DNA of 64,000 nucleotides. Origin: Massalongia carnosa. Taxonomy: Eukaryota. This document shows, one piece after another, positions 25,618 through 37,982 of this stretch. A model generated the notes under the pieces. The model did not search any database, was not told the DNA's origin, and was given only the letters and a program-made list of their open reading frames with translations. Numbering within the stretch: the first letter of the stretch is position 1; the number at the start of each line of letters is the position of its first letter. The stretch is from contig OZ287083.1 in the NCBI GenBank assembly GCA_965645245.1, positions 558,001-622,000 of the forward strand, given 5' to 3'. The translations under genes and the position numbers were made by a program.

Positions 25618-27047
25618 TTTTGGAAATCTTTGCTGTGATTTGTTACGATACACAGCTATACATGTCAGAGGTGAATGACAGCGTGTGAAAAAAAAGTTAT
25701 CGAACAGAAATAATAGGCTAAAAGTGCAAAGAGGGCGCAACTATGAATATAAGCGGAGGGAAGAATCAGCGGACCAGTGCTGAGAAGGGCGCGCACGTGG
25801 GTGGGGAATCTGCGTGGTAATGTTGGTTGCTGATTTTCGAAGCGTATGAAGTGAAGAGGCTCTGCCACAACACCAATGGACCTAGCCCTTGGGCAACATG
25901 GTACACCACTACAACTTCCCAGAAACCGGTGGGAGAGAAAGCGGTCACAATGTGAAGTTCTTCGGTAGATATTCTCCGCGTCAGAGAGCTTAAACCCCTC
26001 CTGTCTAAAGCTCAAACCTTCCAAGTAACCGGGCCGAACCTAAAAGAATGCGAATTCTCCTGTCAACCACAATCCTGCGAAAAGTCGGAGAATTAGCGTC
26101 TTATCTAATGTTAGCAAGGGTTGGTGAGGTCAAGTATCGCTCCGCTAATGCAAATGGTCATCTCGAAAAGGGCGATGTCGGGTGGTTGATTCCTCGGAGA
26201 TATCTCCAAGGCAGACCAGTGAAGAGCTGTAGTACGAGGCAAACTGGTAAGGAAGGGGTGAATTAAGGAGGTTCTGATGTGGAGCAGCGGTCTGGGGGGA
26301 GTTCAATTCAAGCCGGATTGATCAATCCTCAAGAGGTATACTAGCTCAAGTCTTTCAAGCTCAAGTCTTTCAAGCAGGGGCGGATCGAGACGACTTAAGC
26401 AACAGAATGGCAAAGGTAAATCAATAAGTAAGTGAGATAGAGATTCCTGGGATGGATGGATGGATGAATGAATGGGTGGGTGGTCTGCACGTCTATAATC
26501 CATAGTCCGCCTATGAAACGATCACGTAAACACCCACCACGCTACCTCTGCAGTATGCGCCTTTCCTAACCAGACCACCACTGGCCGACTTGACCAGGGC
26601 ATTCATGCGGCCAAGACCACAGCCAAGGCGTTTGGCTAGTTTGGCTAGTTTGGCAAAGCATGAGCGCAGTTTCCGGCATTCCGGCGCAGGATGTTGGAAC
26701 CGGATTATTGTCTGGCGGCCTGGCGGTTGATAATGAGGTGGCTGCTGTGCGTCATGAGCCTTGATGTTCCCCGGCGGGGCACCGGATAGGAAAGGGACAA
26801 GGGAGATGTTCAGGAAGGGAGAAGAGAATGGAGAAGGGAGCAAGATCAAGAGATAAGGAGCCGGCCCTTTAATGTTCCCGTGCATTATCTCACAAGGGTG
26901 GGGGCGAATCCTGCAATTCTGTTCGTTGGTGTTTGCAATTACATGCATCGCTGATGCATTGATCGGTCACGACATCGAATCTCCCCCCAAGGGAAGACAG
27001 ACACCTTCAAAAGAGCATGCTTCGCTTCGTACGATATGTAGACATGC

Positions 27048-28212
27048 TCATCTTCTACGGAAAGCAAGGTTTGCTCGGGCGCTGACTCCCAGCTTATGCA
27101 CTCCGCCCCGGCGTTCCCACACCCCGCTCTTCCCTTCCGCAATGGAAATTAGCTCCTCCGCGATCTTACGTGCAAACCCGCCCCGACCGCTTCCCTTGGT
27201 ACGTCGCTTGCATGCTGCATCCAATATCCATATCATAGCCTGCCGTCGCCGCTGCCGAATCTCGAGAGGGATGGGGATCTGAAGCGCAACTCCACCACCC
27301 GCTGCCCCCTTTTGCGATCGGATGCGTAGGAGAGGTGCCACGGAATCAATGATAAGCGTGAGGTAGCGGATAGGATCGAGAGGGAGATGCGATGCAGGAG
27401 GTGCGCCCTCGATTAGGGGTCGTTGAGGGTTGATGTTGGGAGGTGGCGACGTGCGCAGTATTTGCAGTATCAATGCGACATTCTATTTCATACATGTTAG
27501 AAGCCGGCAATAAGATCGAGTATGCTCATCATGGACATCCAAAGGTCGGAGGGACTGACGGCCGTACCCTCTGGGCTGTACTCAGCTTGCCGTCTTCCAT
27601 CAGCAAATTCGTAAATTGGCGAATAAGTGGCTCATATCGATCGATGATGTTCGCATGTACTTTCGATTTCGACTTGAGAATCAGATTTCTTGGCAATGGT
27701 AACGTCGGCAACTCGAAGTAATGGCCTGGACTCTCGACTTCATTGGCCTCATATGCCATTAGGGCTTGATCATATCGCCTGGTAGACGTAGAAAACGGTC
27801 TTGATCCTTTTAGTATCGAGCTTCTAAACTGTTCTTGTAGCACCTTCGGAGCTTTTTCTTGACTATCTTGATCGCGTTTTAGGACCTGCATGGAACGCAT
27901 CAGTTCATCCCCATAAAATCGCTAGGTGAATATCAATCACACCTCTTGCACCGGTGTTCCTTGCTCCAGCTCTGGCCCCCCCTCACCTGTTATTTTTCCT
28001 ATAGCAGCAGCCTCCTCACTGACATGAGGTAGCTGCTCTTGATTTGGGCCTGGGCCTGGTTTGTCAGCTTGGGGAAGGGGTTTTTCTTCGGCAGTGATAG
28101 ACCTCCTCTGTAAGCGGAGGCATAAGGGTAATCGATATGATGATGAACTTCGTAACACAGAGTGAAGCACGGTGGGCTTTCCCAGCTGCAAAGGTTGTAG
28201 GCGTACTCGCAT
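27048..28212 (-). CDS. RSM7: Mitochondrial small-subunit ribosomal protein uS7m
   Basis: RYEPLIRQFTNLLMEDGKLSTAQR; IIDSVAPLLRIR; PLEIRQRRRQAMIWILDA; VHKLGVSARAN; Arg/Ser-rich N-terminal presequence; two introns. Confidence 0.9.
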
Positions 28213-30482
28213 GGTGTTTCGATGTCTGATTGTTGAAGCAAGTAGGCGATTCTTGGGTAGATCCAAGTGTGAATCGTATTTGCGAGCTTATGTAATCACG
28301 GTGGGGGTTAGATTCAGCGCGTCAACCTACAACACTTTACCTGTGCAATTTATTCAAACTGTCAAAATAACAGGTCTTCGGTTTGTTCCCTGAAAGTTGC
28401 CAGAAGCAAAGCACTAGATATCTCTCCTTGAATAAGATGACAGCCCATGTATAGTCATGCTTGACCGGGTTTTTCGCCAATACCCTGATTAACTGCAGCT
28501 TAAGTTCTGGTTTAGCTTGATCCTACAAAATAAGTTATTTTATATCAACCTATAATCGAGTCTTGTGTCCCAATGCCAGTGTTTAATCACTCGACAAGAT
28601 TGGCCTTGATAAAGGAAAAGCGATCTGAGGCTTCGGATCACATGACTATGTTCCGATATATACGAATACGCTGGATGCATGTTGATGGAGTAACAGGCGC
28701 AAAACTCTCCACTAAATAGGCATCCTCGCAAGAGATGGTTTGGAACGCGAGGGCTCAATCAAGTCCTTTTTTCATGAATGACACATGGCGCCAAGATCTC
28801 GAATAGCTGTGTGCTCAAACACTGTGGCGTATAGAGGATACCTGACACAATACTCTCAGGTTCCGTTTTATAGAGTAGAAATTGATATTGCTACTAATCA
28901 GAGGACCAACATACGGCCCAAAGTGTAGTATCTTCATATGGTCGTGTGAAACTAAACAGCATCAGCTCCTACATTCATGACCAGGATATTGAGGTACTAT
29001 CAAGGCTTGTCGAGGAATTGATTCGTCGGTTTGGCACTCGCTCCATGAGTCCTCTGAGTAAGAACATCCATTGAACATCGCAATGTGATGAATCTTTATA
29101 TAAATTCTTTGAATCAGAGGTATCTTATAAGAAGAGATGTAATACCACAATCCCGAGAGAGTACAATGACGCCTCTTACATCATGTGTGAGAGATATCCA
29201 TCCTATCCATGCAAAAGTTTTCTCTCCCTTGAAAGGCATGCTTGATAAAAATGCCTGGAGTCAATCGTTCGGAGATCAGGAGTGTTCGACTCCTTTCCTA
29301 AAGATAAGAGGTCGACAAATATTTGAAATGCTTCCTAGGAAGATACGCTAAAAAATGCTTCAACTCGGCGCAGAGCCTCCTTTCAAAGCATTAATTAATC
29401 TCATACTGTGAACTATTGGCTCTCGCACAAGTACACTGGTTTTTGCATTAACCAAGGAGCTCGATATATTGTATGCTCCCGTTACCCATAGAAACCCTAA
29501 TTTGAACTGTATCTAATCTTAATAGACACAACAGACACTTGATGATAAACACACAATGCTCCGTTTCCCCAATACTTCAGATGTGGAGGTGGTGTTCCCT
29601 CCATAGGAAAAGCATTCGATGTTGTCAAAGATTATATTTCTCCCAAGAACCTAGCTCTGATGTGACTAGGCTGACCCACAGAAGTCTTTAAGAACTTGCG
29701 CATTTTGAATGAGCATTTACCTTTGAGGAAGATGCGAAAAAAGGGATTATGCCTGGCCCATGTGGGTATCCTGCGCTATAATTCGAGCGGTAGCCTTGCA
29801 AATAAACGATATATTTCAGGGATTGAGTTCGATGCTAGGATTTCCGATCATTCTGCTACTGCTAATCGAATCCCATCATAATAGGCCCCTGGAAATATAA
29901 ACGACTCTACAGTCTTCACAAGCTCTTATTGCAGAACTAAAACCATCGTGTCGATTCTTCTATTCTCTACGAAGTAGATGTCTTGTAAAGTTGTAGCGCA
30001 AAGCTGACTAGCGAATGGCTGCAGCAATAAATTCCAACAATCTTTGTGAAACATATTGCGAGATGACCACGTTGATGATGATATCCTTTTATTAGATACT
30101 AAGTTTTCATTCTACCAATCGATAACATCTTGTTATTCTTCATATATCCAATATTATAGACTCACTATCGTCGGAATTTGGTAGATGAATGAAAAAAAGA
30201 ACTGCTCGACCAAGATCATAACTGAAGCCGATGACTAGGGGATGTATGAGGAACACCGAAGGTACAACATAGAAACAACGATAATTCTTAATAGTTCATC
30301 CCATGACTACAGCATTGTCATCAAACTGCATCGGACTTCGGAAGAGCATACATCCAACGGCCAGACAATCAATGACTTCCCCTAAGAATAGGTTGCGACT
30401 TACCTTTGCGTGCATCTCTTGGTTATGAGGATGGTGGATGAAGGACTTAGATGTACACACATATACCAGTTTTAGTTAGTGG

Positions 30483-30535
30483 CGCCCAGAAGTGCTCGGA
30501 GTTAGTGTATAAGAACAACCGAGCACTTCTGGGCG
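30483..30535. repeat. Perfect 17-bp inverted repeat with 19-nt spacer upstream of hxA
   Basis: CGCCCAGAAGTGCTCGG ... CCGAGCACTTCTGGGCG. Confidence 0.9.
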
Positions 30536-30719
30536 TGTTTGCTCGAAACTTATCAAGTCTTCGAACTCACCTCTTGTCACATAAAACTTGATCTTTCTAT
30601 AGCACCTAGCGTGACTTGATTTGACTTCCTAGATATCATTGGCCTAGTCAAACGATAGCTTTTGTTCTTTATACCGTTTTAAACAAGAAATCGAGAACAA
30701 ATAGCCGCTTTTTCCCTTG

Positions 30720-30733
30720 TCGGCGATCTCCGA
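30720..30733. promoter_or_regulatory. Putative UaY (Ppr1-type Zn2Cys6) site TCGG-N6-CCGA in the hxA promoter
   Basis: TCGGCGATCTCCGA ~230 bp before the hxA ATG; TGATAA (AreA-type GATA) at ~30745. Confidence 0.7.
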
Positions 30734-30961
30734 TGAATTTGAAATGATAACCACGCTGTAACAGCTACGAAAAAAGGATTCTTTCATGATCTTGCTACTC
30801 AGTCTTTTAACTATATTTCTATCCTTTCTATACTTTCATTAAAATAACGATATTATTGAGAGTTTCATGTTGTTACGAATCTTGACTGGCATTTTGAAAA
30901 ATGCTGTGAAAAGGTGCTCTATATTTTATAAGCATCATTATCTTTAATTATCGAGAAAAAT

Positions 30962-33900
30962 ATGGCTCCAAGCCCCGCTGTATCTGGTGATAGGCTGCAT
31001 TCGCTGCATTCAGTCATAGAAGACTATCATGACTCCCTGCTATTTTATCTCAACGGCACAAGAGTAGCCTTGGACACCGTTGATCCAGAGATAACGCTAC
31101 TCGAGTACTTAAGGGGCATTGGTCTAACAGGTACTAAACTGGGATGCGCAGAAGGAGGCTGTGGGGCGTGCACGGTGGTAAGTTGAGGCGTATAAACTGT
31201 TGGCTGTTGATGCCGTGCTTATCATGACTAAAGGTCGTATCACAGCTCAATCCAACAACGAAGAAGATTTATCACGCCTCCATCAATGCTTGTCTGGCTC
31301 CGCTCATAAGTGTCGATGGTAAGCATGTCATCACGGTGGAAGGTATCGGAAACGTCAAAAATCCTCACCCCGTACAAGAGCGGATTGCTTTAGGTAATGG
31401 TAGCCAATGCGGGTTCTGTACACCTGGCATAGTCATGGTAGGCCAGATTATCAGCGCCCGGCCTCTTTTTCGCTGATGGCTATTTTAGAGTTTGTATGCA
31501 TTGTTACGAAATGATGCCAATCCTTCTGAGCATAAAGTTGAAGAAGCCTTCGATGGCAATCTCTGTCGGTGTACAGGCTATCGGCCAATACTTGATGCAG
31601 CGCACTCTTTTAGCGCCATGAATTCATGTAAGAAACTCACAGCCAACGGCGGTGGAGGCTGTTGTATGGAGAACGGAAACTCCACCAATAGAGATAGCTG
31701 CTACAAGAACGGTAGTGGCGAAAACATAATTCTTGCTCCATCTCAACGGTACACCCCACCAGATTTTATAGAGTATAAGCCAGATACTCAACTTATTTTC
31801 CCTCCGGCGCTCAGCAGACACGAGTTTAGACCTTTGGCTTTTGGGAATAAAAGAAAGAAATGGTACAGACCTGTGACCCTAAGGCAGTTGCTTGAAATTA
31901 AAAGCTCGTATCCATCAGCAAAAATCATTGGAGGGAGCACAGAAACCCAGATTGAAATTAAATTCAAAGCTATGCAATATACTGCATCAGTTTATGTTGG
32001 CGATATTGCTGAGCTTCGGCAATACGCTTTAAATCCAGAATATCTTGAAATTGGTGGCAATGTTGTGCTGACAGACCTGGAGGCGATCTGCATGGAGGCG
32101 ATTGAGCGCTATGGCCCAATAAAAGGACAGCCGTTCAGCGCAATCCTCAAGCAGATTCGTTATTTCGCTGGACGACAGATCCGAAACGTGGGTACGCCTG
32201 CAGGAAACCTTGCTACGGCATCTCCAATCTCAGATCTGAACCCAGTTTTTGTTGCCACCAATACAGTACTTGTAGCTAAATCGTTGAAAGAGGAAACAGA
32301 GATAGCAATGTCAGACTTTTTTAAAGGATACAGAACCACGATGTTACCCGCCAATGCTATTATCTTGAAGTTGCGGATACCTATCGCTCGCGAGAAAGGG
32401 GAGTACCTCCGGGCCTACAAACAAGCCAAACGCAAAGATGATGACATTGCTATCGTCAATGCCGCTTTACGTGTCTCTCTTGACCAAGAAAACTGTGTGG
32501 AAACGGTTGATCTCGTATATGGTGGAATGGCAGCGACTACTATTGCAGCCAAGAATACAGTAGCTTACCTTAAGGGAAAAGCTTGGTCAGACCCTGCCAC
32601 GTTAGAGGGCGCAATCAATACTTTAGGCGACGACTTTGATCTGCGCTTCGGTGTGCCTGGTGGGATGGCTACTTATCGAAAATCGCTCGCTTTCGGTTTC
32701 TTCTACAGGTTTTATCATGAGGTCCTTTCAGATCTTTCTATCAGGGAAGTAGACGTCGAAGGAGATGTGCGGAGGGAGATTGAACGCGAGATATCTACAG
32801 GCAAGAAAGATCACAAGGCTACTCAAGCCTACGAACAGCGAATCTTAGGCAAAGCCAACCCACATGTTGCAGCGCTGAAGCAATGTACTGGAGAAGCACA
32901 ATATACAGATGATATACCGGTGCAGAGAAATGAGCTTTATGGGGCTGTGGTCTTGTCGACTAAGGCTCATGCCAAGATTTTAAGTGTTGACTTTTCTCCG
33001 GCTATAAAACTACTTGGTTTCGCAGGCTGGGTTGACCACAATGATCTACCCACTCCTGAATCCAACTGCTGGGGCGCTCCTAGCTGCGATGAGGTTTTTT
33101 TTGCCGTCGATGAAGTCTTCACTGCTGGACAACCAATTGGGATGGTTCTTGCTGATTCTGCGAAGCACGCCGAAGCCGGTGCTCGGGCGGTGATGGTGCA
33201 ATACGAAGAGTTACCTGCAATATTCACGATTGAGGAAGCAATTGTTCAACAAAGTTATTTCGACCACTATCGGTACATAAAAAAAGGAGATGTTGAAGAA
33301 GCGTTCAGACGTGCAGATCATGTGGTTAGCGGGGTGGCTCGAATAGGTGGTCAGGAGCATTTCTATCTTGAGACTCAGGCTTGTGTGATCGTACCCAAGC
33401 CCGAGGATGGAGAGATGGAGGTGTTCAGCAGCACACAAAACCCCACCGAGACGTAAGCTTAGCCTTCACTTATTTTAGAATGATGCTTATTAGAAAACAG
33501 GCAGTCGTACATTGCTCAAGTCACAGGAGTCCAGGCCAATAAGATTGTGGTAAAGGTGAAGCGTCTTGGTGGAGGGTTTGGTGGGAAAGAAACCAGATCG
33601 ATCCAATTGGCAGGAATATGCGCAGTAGCAGCCAAGAAAACCAAGCGACCTGTGCGCTGCATGCTTAATCGGGACGAGGACATGATAACTTCTGGTCAAA
33701 GGCATCCTTTTCTGGCACATTGGAAGGTTGGTGTCAATAAGGATGGAAAGCTTCAAGCTCTTGACGCTGAAGTGTTTTGCAATGCTGGTTAGTATGGTAA
33801 ACCTTTGAAGTGGCTCACTCTGACTATTGCTCAGGTTGGAGCCAAGACCTTAGTGGTGCTGTATGCGATAGAGCATTGTCTCACATTGAGAATTGCTATC

Positions 33901-35234
33901 TCTTTCCCCACGTTCATGTCCGAGGTCGTCCCGTCAAAACGAATACGGTTTCCAATACTGCCTTCCGCGGATTTGGTGGTCCGCAAGGAATGTTTATTGC
34001 AGAGTCATATATGGAAGAAGTCGCTGATCATTTGAATATGCCGGTCGAGAAGCTTCGTCAGATCAACCTTTACAAACCCAATGAGCTCACTCACTTTAAT
34101 CAAGAGCTCAAGGATTGGCACATTCCTTTAATGTACAAGCAAGTTCTCGAAGAATCTGACTACACAGCACGAAGGAAGGAAGTTGAAGATTTCAATGCCA
34201 ACCACAAGTGGAAAAAACGCGGTCTCTCCATCATCCCTACAAAATTTGGTATCTCGTTCACAGCACTCTTCCTCAACCAAGCAGGCGCCTTAGTCCACAT
34301 ATACCATGATGGCTCCGTGCTTGTGGCCCACGGCGGAACAGAAATGGGTCAGGGTCTACACACGAAAATGACCATGATCGCAGCCGAAGCCCTTGGCGTC
34401 TCCCTCTCCGACGTCTTCGTGTCCGAAACGGCAACAAACACCGTTGCTAACACCTCCTCGACCGCCGCGTCCGCCTCCAGCGACCTAAATGGCTATGCCA
34501 TCGTCCACGCTTGTGCTCAATTAAATGAGCGCCTACGGCCCTATCGGGAAAAATTCGGTCCAGATGCGCCCATGAAGAAGCTTGCTCAAGCCGCCTACTT
34601 CGACCGCATAAATTTATCCGCCAACGGCTTCTACAAAACTCCAGACATCGGCTACGTCTGGGGCCCTAATACGGGACTAATGTTCTACTACTTCACCCAG
34701 GGAGTCGCGGCAGCCGAGGTAGAGATTGATACTCTGACGGGCGACTGGACTTGCCGGCGCGCCGACCTAAAAATGGACGTTGGCCGTTCCATCAACCCAG
34801 CCGTTGACTACGGCCAGATCGAAGGCGCATTCGTGCAAGGTCAAGGCCTCTTCACGACAGAGGAAAGCCTATGGTTACGCGCCTCAGGTCAGCTCGCCAC
34901 CCGTGGCCCGGGCACCTACAAGATTCCCGGCTTCCGCGACATCCCGCAGCGCTTCCACGTCAGCCTGCTGAAAGACGTGGAGTGGGAGCATTTACGCACA
35001 ATCCAGCGATCACGCGGAGTGGGTGAGCCGCCCCTGTTCATGGGTAGTAGCGTGTTTTTCGCCATTCGGGACGCGTTGAGGGCGGCGAGGAGACAGTACG
35101 GGTTAAGCGAGGTGCTGAGTTTACAGAGTCCTGCTACCCCGGAGCGGATCCGGGTTAGTTGTGCGGATCCTTTGATAAGAAAGGCACTGGTTGTGCCGAA
35201 AGAGGAGGAGAAGAGCTTCTTTATGTCCATCTAG
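30962..35234 (+). CDS. hxA: Xanthine dehydrogenase (purine hydroxylase I)
   Basis: [34 protein letters not shown] (2Fe-2S); FAGRQIRNV (FAD); [38 protein letters not shown] (Moco); four introns. Confidence 0.97.
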
Positions 35235-36758
35235 GGGTTTTTGGTGAGGGGCTTTGAAAGGGGAATCGGCATGGGAAGAATTGAAAGGTCATATTTTTAG
35301 CGCGCTGTTTCCGTTAAGATACCGTGTTTCCCATAATGTAAAGCTCCCTTCCCCTCCACTCATTCCGCCCCTTTCCCCATTGAACCTAGCCTAACACTAT
35401 TTTTTCTCATCTGTCTATCCGTTCGTCCTTCCACGCGGACTCCACTTATTTTCGAGAGGGAGGAGAGGAGGGGGGAGGTTTTGCGATAAGGAGACCGATG
35501 AAGGTAATAGGATGGTGAAGAATCAGGAGAAGGACAAAGGAACCGAGAACTAAGAAGTCAAGGGGAGGATTGAAGTTTGTAGATTGAGGATGGGGATGAA
35601 TGAGGGGAGAGAGAGTCTCGATTCAAGAACGCATCCGTAGGCTGTCACAAATCCCAAGCCAAAAGCCGAAAGGGGTGCGTGGGTACACCATATGTAAGAG
35701 ATCATGCATTCATCACTGCTCTCTTACTTCTTCTTATACAATCTTCCAAGATATTTAACACTTTCTTCTGAATTAATAGATCGATTGATTCGTTAGTAAG
35801 TAGGTATAGATTGAAAGAAAGGAAGGAAGGAAGGAAGGAGTTTTCCTGTTACTCGAAGTAAAGAAACGAGAAGAAAGAACCAGAAAGGAAAGGGCTAATT
35901 AGAGCGATGCGATGCGATCGAAATGGGATATAACAACTAGTTATGATCACAAGAAAGAAAGAACGAATTTGTTGTGACGAGACGTATGCAATGTAGAAAA
36001 GTAAAGCGGGTGGCGTTGGTTGTGCCCCGTTGAGAGCTGGGGCATTTTACATCAATACTGTATCGTATTGTGGTAATAAATAAGGCACTCATCTGTAGGG
36101 AGTTAGATATCCAATAATATGTAATTAACCCGAGCAGTTTGATTGGGCGGGCATGACTTTGCATGTCTCTCTCTCCGTACTCTGTACAGTGTATAGAGTA
36201 TCTCTCTTAGTATCTAGAGTACTATTGATGTAGTAATAACAAATAGAGCAGCTTTAAGGCGCGTTCAACTAGTACTGTCAATTGTTCAACTTTTCGCCCA
36301 TCAGTCCCCAATCACTATTCATCGTCTAGATCCCCTTCACCATCTACCCTCGATCGTTCACTCCCCTTCTATATCAATCGAAGCTGAATGTTTATGAACA
36401 TAGATTCTTCCTAATGTATAAATATGATATATGTCTGATGTAGGGACCTCAAAGGACTTTGACGATTCACCCTGAAATCGTAAAATCGTAAAATCGTCGT
36501 TTTGTAGTTAACGCAAGCGCTGCAAGCTACTTGTGATTGCATCAACAGAGATACTCCGTATAGACTAATGATGAGTTTTATGCGTCATGCCTCCCAGGAA
36601 TGTGTGTAGGGGAGATATTCAATGAGCGGGGAGTGAGTTCAAGAGGGCTGGATGTGGCTTGGACCCGCGAGTGTGGCTCATGGATAACTAAACGGTGATG
36701 CGGATCGAACTCCGAGCAGGCCCGGCCTAGCCTTACATAAGCAAGGGAATGGGTATGT

Positions 36759-37013
36759 TTAGCCCCAAGAGGGGTCATTACCTCGACAATGTTTCTGCCG
36801 GGGACCTTGCCACAGGGCCACGATCGCGATGAGGAACATGACGATGCCGAAGACAATGCTAACGGTGACTTCGGGGGATATTCTGCCCGAGGATCCCTGG
36901 CGGGTAGAGGACGACAAGGTATGTGGGCACGCCGGTGGTGTCGTATACGCCTCGGCCCATGTTCCGGGTTGGCAAGGGGAGGATGGATTATTGACCTGGC
37001 AGCAAGGGGACAT
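36759..37013 (-). CDS. Possible small single-TM protein
   Basis: 84-aa ORF with ISPEVTVSIVFGIVMFLIAIVALW hydrophobic span; GC-rich; no recognised family. Confidence 0.35.
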   Translation of the reverse strand: MSPCCQVNNPSSPCQPGTWAEAYTTPPACPHTLSSSTRQGSSGRISPEVTVSIVFGIVMFLIAIVALWQGPRQKHCRGNDPSWG

Positions 37014-37473
37014 GGTGCGGTGGAGGGAGGAGAGGTTTGATAGGAGGAAGAATGCGCAGCAGGAAATGAAGCGGGGAGGTGGTGATTTATATATTCACGA
37101 ACGACGGATGGCAGATATGTATATCCGTTTTGGACTCAGGAAGCTATTCCTTGAACCATCCAATTATGCTTTTCCTTGATATGGTTTTTCTTGGACCATC
37201 CAAAAGAGGCTCAAGAGCGACAGAAGCGTACTAAGAGGCTCATATGCGACAGAAGGCGTACTTGCCTCTCAGATGCTGATAGTTTGTCCATTGTCAATTG
37301 GTCCGTAGCTTCGATAGTCATCGGCTAAAGAGCTAGTAGAGCTTGTGTGACGACGTCGTACCAAGTACTTTTCGATTCCTACAACATGGGCTCTACGCTA
37401 GCCTACGTTAGGGCGACTTGGGGGAATCACATTGGCGACAATGAGCCTAAATATCATAGATCTTGCGTGTAAC

Positions 37474-37592
37474 TGTTGGAATACTCGCTTAGCCCCATTA
37501 GTTCTAGCTCAGCCCTGCAGGCTGCCATGACTGCTATAAGCAGTCACCTCCGTAGTAATTTCAATATTATGCCGTCAACTGTTTATTTAACA
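37474..37592. mobile_element. Short solo LTR (119 bp), TG...CA
   Basis: TGTTGGAATA...TATTTAACA ends; 5-bp TSD GTAAC (37469-37473, 37593-37597); internal TATAA. Confidence 0.6.
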
Positions 37593-37679
37593 GTAACATG
37601 ACTGTCTCAGCGGGTGGGTTAATAGTCGTTATATTTGCAGCAGGCAAGAGAAGAGGCCTGCAGAGTGGTAATAAGTAGG

Positions 37680-37767
37680 GTTCGCGCTTTGACTTAAGGC
37701 AGTTCCTGACGAAGTGATGAGTTCGCACTTTGACCCAAGGCAGTTCCTGACGAAGTGATGATTCGCG
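37680..37767. repeat. Tandem duplication of a 41-bp unit
   Basis: GTTCGC(G/A)CTTTGAC(TT/CC)AAGGCAGTTCCTGACGAAGTGATGA x2. Confidence 0.85.
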
Positions 37768-37982
37768 ATGTTGCAATCACCGAGTTGCTGTTGCATATCG
37801 CCCTATTGTAGGGGGGTCGCCGTGTTTACATGTTATCTTATTAGTAGCAAGCTTCAAAGTTGTATGCAGAGACGGAAAGTCCTTGGTAGCGCGCATTAGT
37901 GTTATTTTAACGTCATGCAGAGGAGACAGTAAATATCAAAATATATTTATTACATTTGGGACTGTACAGCATGTTTCATTTA

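Noticed and set aside
25665..26948. Scattered ORFs between Usp and RSM7
   Set aside because: Overlap simple repeats and probable UTRs; no coding signature
37680..37767. CRISPR-like repeat
   Set aside because: Two abutting units with no spacers, eukaryotic context, no cas genes
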